NCBI RefSeq assembly: GCF_000025945.1
Contig: NC_006138.1
Coordinates: forward strand, 2,190,001 to 2,222,000
Direction of reading: 5' to 3'
DNA length: 32,000 nucleotides
Source: Desulfotalea psychrophila LSv54
GTDB taxonomy: Bacteria; Desulfobacterota; Desulfobulbia; Desulfobulbales; Desulfocapsaceae
Each line of letters opens with the position of its first letter. Within the stretch, counting starts at the first letter, position 1. Below the pieces are notes generated by a model that had not been told where the DNA came from, did no database searches, and saw only the letters and a program-made list of their open reading frames with translations. The translations under genes were made by a program, and so were the position numbers. Of this stretch, positions 26,950 to 32,000 are shown piece after piece.

Positions 26950-28017
26950 TTACTTTTCAGGAGCAGTCACTGCTATCTCGTCAAAGGTCGACATGTCGGT
27001 CAGTATCGCTTTGGCACCGTCCACAAGATTCATAGCCATGGCAGCACCTGTTCCCTCTCCCAAGCGAAAGTTGAGATCGAGGAGGGGACGCTTACAGCCA
27101 AGAAATTCCTGCATATGGACATGGCCCGGTTCTACGGAACGGTGGGCAAAGATGAGATAGTCCCTAACAAAGGGTTCTATTTTGGCGGCAATAAGGGCAC
27201 CTGCAGTACTGATGTAGCCATCCACAACCACAGGAATTTTCTTGGCGGCACAACCAATGATAAGCCCTGCGATACCACCTATTTCAAAACCACCGACCTT
27301 GGCAAGAATGTCCAGCCCGTCCTTGCTGTTTGGTTTATTGATTTCAATGCTTTTTTTGATAATATCAATCTTGGTCTGCAGCTCCGCATCGTTGAGTCCT
27401 GAGCCACGACCGGTTATCTCTTCCACGGTTTTTCCGGTACAAACAGCCGCAATGGCAGCAGATGGGGTTGTATTGCCAATCCCCATCTCACCAGTACCAA
27501 TGATATTATATTTGGTACTGAGGGCAAAGGCTACGTCGATTCCTCCCTCCACAGCCCGTACCGCCATGGCCCGGCTCATTGCCGGCCCCTTGGCAATATT
27601 ACCTGTACCAAGACCCACCTTCTTATTGATCAGTTTTTTCTGTTCAACCAGATCCCTGAGATCGGCATTAACGCCCATATCAACCACAAAGACATCGGCA
27701 CCGGCCGAGCGGGCAAGGGCGTTGACGCCTGCGGACCCGCCAATAATGGCATGCACCATCTGAACGGTTACCTCGGCCGGAAACTTACTCACACCCTCGG
27801 CTGCCACCCCATGATCGCCTGCCATGGTAACAATGGCTCTCTTGTCCACCAGTGGTTTTATTGTTCTCTGCATTCCGGCAAGATCAATAGCCAGGTCCAT
27901 CAAATCTCCCAGGGCCCAGTGGGGCATAACAAGATTATCAAGTCGGGCCTTTGCCGCATCGCGGCTATCTGAATCCTGAGGGAAAATTTCCAGTAAAGTT
28001 CTGTCGAGCAAGCTCAT
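26950..28017 (-). CDS. cobT: Nicotinate-nucleotide--dimethylbenzimidazole phosphoribosyltransferase
   Basis: 355-aa ORF; MAGDHGVAAEGVSKFPAEVT, GIGNTTPSAAI, VGGFEIGGIAGLI and EPGHVHMQEFLG motifs. Confidence 0.95.
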   Translation of the reverse strand: MSLLDRTLLEIFPQDSDSRDAAKARLDNLVMPHWALGDLMDLAIDLAGMQRTIKPLVDKRAIVTMAGDHGVAAEGVSKFPAEVTVQMVHAIIGGSAGVNALARSAGADVFVVDMGVNADLRDLVEQKKLINKKVGLGTGNIAKGPAMSRAMAVRAVEGGIDVAFALSTKYNIIGTGEMGIGNTTPSAAIAAVCTGKTVEEITGRGSGLNDAELQTKIDIIKKSIEINKPNSKDGLDILAKVGGFEIGGIAGLIIGCAAKKIPVVVDGYISTAGALIAAKIEPFVRDYLIFAHRSVEPGHVHMQEFLGCKRPLLDLNFRLGEGTGAAMAMNLVDGAKAILTDMSTFDEIAVTAPEK

Positions 28018-28183
28018 AATAAGCCTCCATATAAATTATTCATTAAGGTCTAAGGACTCCGCTGGTTTTGAGGAGTGCCTGATCAATATCTATTCATTCG
28101 CTATTCGCTATTAGGGATCTGTGTCTATAACAAAAATAGTCCATTACAGCCAAAACTATTTGAGGGGATCGTTCCTTGAACGA

Positions 28184-28723
28184 CTATTTTATTTGCTGTG
28201 ATATTCCGCAGGTTACAAGGTAAACTTCAGAGGCGTTTTCGGCAATAAGCTGATTACAGATGCCCACCAAATCCCGGTATCTGCGAGCCAGGGCGTTATC
28301 CGGGACAATACCAAGCCCAACCTCATTGGTGACACAGATCACCGTGCCGGAAAGGAGCTCTACCTCGGCTAAAAAAAATTGGCACTGCTTTCGGAGTTGC
28401 TCGGTGGAGAAGGCTTTCCCATCCTGTTCATGGAAAAACATTAGATTATTTATCCAAAGGGTGAGGCAGTCAATGAGAACAACACCATCCTCGCCGTTTG
28501 AAGTCGCAATAGCCCGGGCAAGATCAAGCTCCTCTTCACAGGTAGTCCATCCTCTGCCAAGCCGTTCCTCTTTATGGAGACGAACCCGTTCCGTCAATTC
28601 ACCGTCCACCACAGGACAGGTAGCGACAAAGATTCGTCTCTCCGATTTTTTTTCGGCAAGATCAAGGGCAAAACTGCTCTTACCACTCCGACTGCCACCC
28701 GTTACCAGTATAAGTTCTGCCAT
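28184..28723 (-). CDS. cobU: Bifunctional adenosylcobinamide kinase / adenosylcobinamide-phosphate guanylyltransferase
   Basis: 179-aa ORF; LVTGGSRSGKSSFALDLAE, LIDCLTLWINNLM and VTNEVGLGIVPDNALARRYRDLVGICNQLIA. Confidence 0.95.
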   Translation of the reverse strand: MAELILVTGGSRSGKSSFALDLAEKKSERRIFVATCPVVDGELTERVRLHKEERLGRGWTTCEEELDLARAIATSNGEDGVVLIDCLTLWINNLMFFHEQDGKAFSTEQLRKQCQFFLAEVELLSGTVICVTNEVGLGIVPDNALARRYRDLVGICNQLIAENASEVYLVTCGISQQIK

Positions 28724-28770
28724 TTTTCATTCTCTCTACAAATTTTTCATAATAAACCGATGAGATTCCT

Positions 28771-29358
28771 TCAGCCTGATATGGATTTATTAAAACCCGT
28801 TAAAACAGCACCAGTTTCATAGAGATCTACGCTGGCATAGTGGCCAACATCAAGTTTTAGCAGGGTGTAATTGTCAAGGGGGAGTCCCAGCAGGATGCAG
28901 AGAAGATGGCATATTACCCCGCCGTGAGCCACAACCATAATCCTTTCATCTGCACAGGTATTGAGCAGGGGAATGATCTGTTTCATCCGGGCCCGAAAGT
29001 CGGCAACAGATTCTCCACCGGGAAAAGAGAAGGTAGCAGGAGAGCTACACCAGAGATCAAACTCCTGTTGATATTTGGTGTAGACCTGATCAAAGGTCAG
29101 TCCCTCCCAGAAGCCAAAATCAATCTCTTTGAGCAGGGGGTGGTAAGAAACCTGATACTTGCCCGTTAATTCAGCCACCGTTTGCACACAGCGCAGCATG
29201 GGGCTGGCTATGATTCTGGTTGCTTCTTGCAGGGCCGGACTTGCCGCTACCGCCTGTATTTGCTCTACGCCTTGTGCGCTGAGTCCGCAATCCGTTGAAC
29301 CTACATATGTTCCCGTTAGCGGAGTATGGCCATGGCGAAGAAAGTATATTTTTTTCAT
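28771..29358 (-). CDS. cobC: Histidine phosphatase-family protein, probable alpha-ribazole phosphatase
   Basis: MKKIYFLRHGHTPLTGTYVGSTDCGLSAQG and VVAHGGVICHLL; cobalamin gene context. The track start at 29400 adds 14 residues; ATG 29358 fits the conserved start better. Confidence 0.82.
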   Translation of the reverse strand: MKKIYFLRHGHTPLTGTYVGSTDCGLSAQGVEQIQAVAASPALQEATRIIASPMLRCVQTVAELTGKYQVSYHPLLKEIDFGFWEGLTFDQVYTKYQQEFDLWCSSPATFSFPGGESVADFRARMKQIIPLLNTCADERIMVVAHGGVICHLLCILLGLPLDNYTLLKLDVGHYASVDLYETGAVLTGFNKSISG

Positions 29359-29437
29359 ATGATCTGCAATTGACAAACCCATCCTCTTGGCTAGGGGCAA
29401 AGGGGATGGGTCTTAGGATGGCTCAGCAAGTAAAATT

Positions 29438-31087
29438 TTATGCTGTTTCAGCTAAAAGTTGGTTGAGGGCATTTTGGGCAAAGTCAAGGCTTGCATCAAG
29501 GCTTAAAGCTACGGTGAAAAATTCCACAGCTTCAACTTTATGACCGAGACGCATATAGTTTACCCCGACATTGGCGTAATCAATTCCTGAAGCAGGATTA
29601 AGCTCAATAGCCCGCTTAAAGGAGGAGATTGCCGTCTCATATTGTTCAAGCTTGAAGAAGCATACACCGAGGGTGTTATGCAGATCGGGTCGTTCCTCGT
29701 CAAAGAGCAGACCCTCCTGCAGGGCCTCTATGGCCTCTGCATAACGACCAAGGTCACGAAGACAGCAGCCCTTATAAGAATAAATATAGGGGACATCCTC
29801 TGCCTCTGGCTTCAGGGTCAGGGCCTTATCAAAATGGATAAGGGCTGCTTCGGCGTTGCCGGCTGCGACAAAATTTTTCCCCCGATAAAATTCAAGATAG
29901 TAGGCATCGGGTAAGAGGACACTCATCTCGCCTAATTTTACCTCCTGCTCTGCAGGATCTTCGATGCGTTCAACGAGGAGTTTTGCACAGAAGAGACCGG
30001 CATTACAGATCATTGAGCGTTCACGAAAATGGGCGCCGGGAATAATGGTATAGAGGGCAGGGATTTGCAGCTGGGGATGACAGACATCTATCATATAGAC
30101 ATCAAAACCATTGTTCTTCAGACTATCGAGGCAATTTTTCACTTCGGTATAGATATTATCATCTGAAATATCTACCATCTCGTCAATAGTCACCTGATCT
30201 GCTGTCTCGGTAAGATAGGTAACCTCGCTCATGGACAGAGGTTTAGGTAAACCGGAGGCTATATAATTGGAACCGGTATTGAAATCTCCTGCTAACTGAG
30301 CTACCTCGGTGATGGCTCGAATAATGGCCTTCTCCGGATTTGGAGTAGTACCTGCCGTATAGACAATTTCACTCTTTTCAGGGAAGGTTGAGCGATCAAT
30401 GGCCAGGGCACCAACGGAGGCAATTCCTGTCTCCAGGCTGAAATCATTGAGATATACTTCAATGTTATTTTTGGCAAACTTTTCAAGAAGCTCCACGGCT
30501 ACGGGATCTTTAATCGTCTCTACATCGATCTTTGCCGTTGGTAGTTTATCACGGTTAATTCGAGAGCAGACATCGCGCTCGACAATCTCACAGAGACCTT
30601 GAAGGGCGGCCTCTTCTTGGGTATTACCGGCTGAAGGGCCGTTGAACTCATTAATTGCAAAGAACCAGGAAAAGGGGATAAGAACCTCTCCTTCCTCACC
30701 TGTCATTTTGGTGGCCCAGGTCCACTGCATGGGAATACCGGCAAGAAGTTTTTCTAACTGAGCCACGGTGGTATGGGTATCGTGCACGGATTTAAGTAGA
30801 TGTTCCATGTCTAAGACGGGATAACCTGCTGCCCGCATCTCCTCATAGTCACCAAGCAAAAAATTATCTGCGTTTTTGCTAAATGAGAAAAAAGAGAATC
30901 TCTCGGCAAGTTCCATACAGGCAGATGCTTCGGATTGTATGGGCGAGGCACCCTTGCCCATCTGCTTCTTTGTCCCCGTATATTGAGAGGCATCATCGCC
31001 ACAGACGCTAAAATATACAGGAATATCTAAGCGTCCATTATCAATACGACGAACTTCACTGACTATATTTATATCGAGATTTTTCAC
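29438..31087 (-). CDS. YcaO-domain protein with a C-terminal TPR region
   Basis: 549-aa ORF; GKGASPIQSEASACMELAERFSFF, EEAALQGLCEIVERD and PEKAIIRAITEVAQ are YcaO signatures; C-terminus has TPRs (EAALIHFDKALTLKPEAE, YAEAIEALQEGLLFDEERPDLHNTLGVCFFKLEQYETAISSFKRAIELNP). Confidence 0.9.
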   Translation of the reverse strand: MKNLDINIVSEVRRIDNGRLDIPVYFSVCGDDASQYTGTKKQMGKGASPIQSEASACMELAERFSFFSFSKNADNFLLGDYEEMRAAGYPVLDMEHLLKSVHDTHTTVAQLEKLLAGIPMQWTWATKMTGEEGEVLIPFSWFFAINEFNGPSAGNTQEEAALQGLCEIVERDVCSRINRDKLPTAKIDVETIKDPVAVELLEKFAKNNIEVYLNDFSLETGIASVGALAIDRSTFPEKSEIVYTAGTTPNPEKAIIRAITEVAQLAGDFNTGSNYIASGLPKPLSMSEVTYLTETADQVTIDEMVDISDDNIYTEVKNCLDSLKNNGFDVYMIDVCHPQLQIPALYTIIPGAHFRERSMICNAGLFCAKLLVERIEDPAEQEVKLGEMSVLLPDAYYLEFYRGKNFVAAGNAEAALIHFDKALTLKPEAEDVPYIYSYKGCCLRDLGRYAEAIEALQEGLLFDEERPDLHNTLGVCFFKLEQYETAISSFKRAIELNPASGIDYANVGVNYMRLGHKVEAVEFFTVALSLDASLDFAQNALNQLLAETA

Positions 31088-31451
31088 CTTGGAATAAAAA
31101 CGTTCAAGGGTTTGTTCCCGGTGTAATTGCCTTGTCTTGATCGGTGGTAAATGTCTTATAGCAATCTTTTAATACTACTGGCTTTTTTTCCATTACTCTG
31201 CCTATTTCGTTAAGTCTAATAACTGTCTACTGCTAAATTCAGTAGTCATATACATACTCCAGGGATTCAGCCATGGACGGGCAAACAACAACTGGCCAAC
31301 TCAAAAAGATCATCTCTTTAAACCCGGAGGCTAAGTCGTACGGGCCATTGTCCACGCACAACATCATCATCAATGGGGCAAAAGGCAATCAATAATCCCC
31401 AAAAAAAACTTGGTCTCAGGAATAGATCGATACTCATAGAGGAGAGAACGC

Positions 31452-31937
31452 TTACTCCCCCTTCTCTCTATGCAAAAGAAATTCTTTTATCTTATGTCCC
31501 CAGGAACTTGCCTCTTTACAGGAGAAGCGCACAGCCCTGCTCTCTTCGTCTACAAAGCTTATCTGCAAATATAAACTCTGTTCAGGAATAAGATCATAGG
31601 CACGAGAGGGCCACTCTATAACGGTGAGTCCTCCACCATAAAAGTACTCCTCAAAACCAAGGTCTATTACCTCATCCTCCCCACCAAGTCGATAGAGATC
31701 CATATGATAGAGGGGGATTCGTCCCTGATATTCATGGAGGATGGCAAAGGAGGGGCTAGTCACATACTCCCTCGGATCAACTTCGAGGCCACGGGCAATA
31801 TACTGGGTCAGAGTTGTTTTACCAGCCCCTAAATCGCCCTCAAGACAAATGACATCGCCTGCCTCGGCCACATGTCCCAGGAAGAGTCCCAATATTTCTG
31901 TTTCAGCAAGAGAGCTAATATTATAAGAGAGGTCCAT
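31452..31937 (-). CDS. tsaE: tRNA threonylcarbamoyladenosine biosynthesis ATPase TsaE
   Basis: 161-aa ORF; Walker A CLEGDLGAGKTTLTQYIARGL, TSPSFAILHEYQG, LYHMDLYRL and VIEWPSRA. Confidence 0.94.
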   Translation of the reverse strand: MDLSYNISSLAETEILGLFLGHVAEAGDVICLEGDLGAGKTTLTQYIARGLEVDPREYVTSPSFAILHEYQGRIPLYHMDLYRLGGEDEVIDLGFEEYFYGGGLTVIEWPSRAYDLIPEQSLYLQISFVDEESRAVRFSCKEASSWGHKIKEFLLHREKGE

Positions 31938-32000
31938 ATTTTTTTTGACTTAAATTAAGTTTTACACACCTTGTGAGTTTAGATAAGGCTGGATGTCGCA

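Noticed and set aside
27242-27763. 173-aa + strand ORF (MAAQPMISPAIPPISKPP...)
   Set aside because: Antisense to cobT; Ser/Pro/Ala/Ile-rich composition is typical of the mirror of a real coding frame.
28088-28120. Short tandem TTCGCTA / ATTCGCTATTCGCTATT repeat
   Set aside because: Only about two to three imperfect short copies; no larger repeat structure or coding implication.
28018-28183. Possible cobalamin riboswitch between cobT and cobU, or upstream of the YcaO gene (31088-31451)
   Set aside because: I looked for a B12-box-like GCCACTG (or its complement) and associated stems in these gaps and saw none. A formal Infernal RF00174 search would settle it.
28260-28763. 167-aa + strand ORF antisense to cobU
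   Set aside because: Shadow ORF with biased composition; the minus strand has unambiguous CobU motifs.
31435-31472. Imperfect inverted repeat CATAGAGGAGAGAA / TTCTCTCTATG at the 3' end of tsaE
   Set aside because: Contains a 3-nt bulge and overlaps the tsaE coding end; no T-tract to support a terminator.
1-32000. CRISPR arrays, prophage, insertion sequences, toxin-antitoxin or defence systems, tRNA/rRNA genes
   Set aside because: No regularly spaced repeats, transposase/integrase motifs, terminal repeats or cloverleaf/CCA-type sequences seen by eye. A tRNAscan-SE/CRISPR finder run would confirm.

Overview
This 32 kb chromosomal window is dense with housekeeping genes and looks like a Deltaproteobacterium/Desulfobacterota-type genome (lineage is my inference from gene content). 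Main blocks are recJ-miaA-ComEA-like; trmL; serC-radical SAM-rlmN; a lipid A group (lpxB plus a Gfo/Idh oxidoreductase on -, lpxK and lpxC on +); a deaminase; a DegT-family aminotransferase, panD, panC and a TPR protein; xseA convergent with a large Cache/PAS sensor kinase and its adjacent periplasmic binding protein; ndk; and a cobalamin nucleotide-loop block (cbiB, a CobD-like/CobQ fusion, cobS, cobT, cobU, cobC) followed by a YcaO-TPR protein and tsaE. I found no CRISPR array, transposon, rRNA, tRNA or B12 riboswitch. The strongest unusual signals are: (1) the 853-aa CobD/CobQ fusion, whose linker contains an A8 run with an in-phase A_AAA_AAG slippery heptamer; the +1 frame reaches a TAA that overlaps an in-frame ATG (TAATG) at the start of the CobQ domain, so the fusion is one nucleotide from being two coupled genes; (2) a 988-aa sensor kinase with a Tyr (TAT) where the phosphoacceptor His of the AHEINNPL-type motif is expected, directly downstream of a periplasmic binding-protein gene; (3) a YcaO-TPR protein beside the B12 genes; (4) a terminator hairpin upstream of the radical SAM gene whose 3' arm overlaps its likely Shine-Dalgarno; and (5) two small unlisted ORFs. 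I do not claim a wholly new multi-gene system here.
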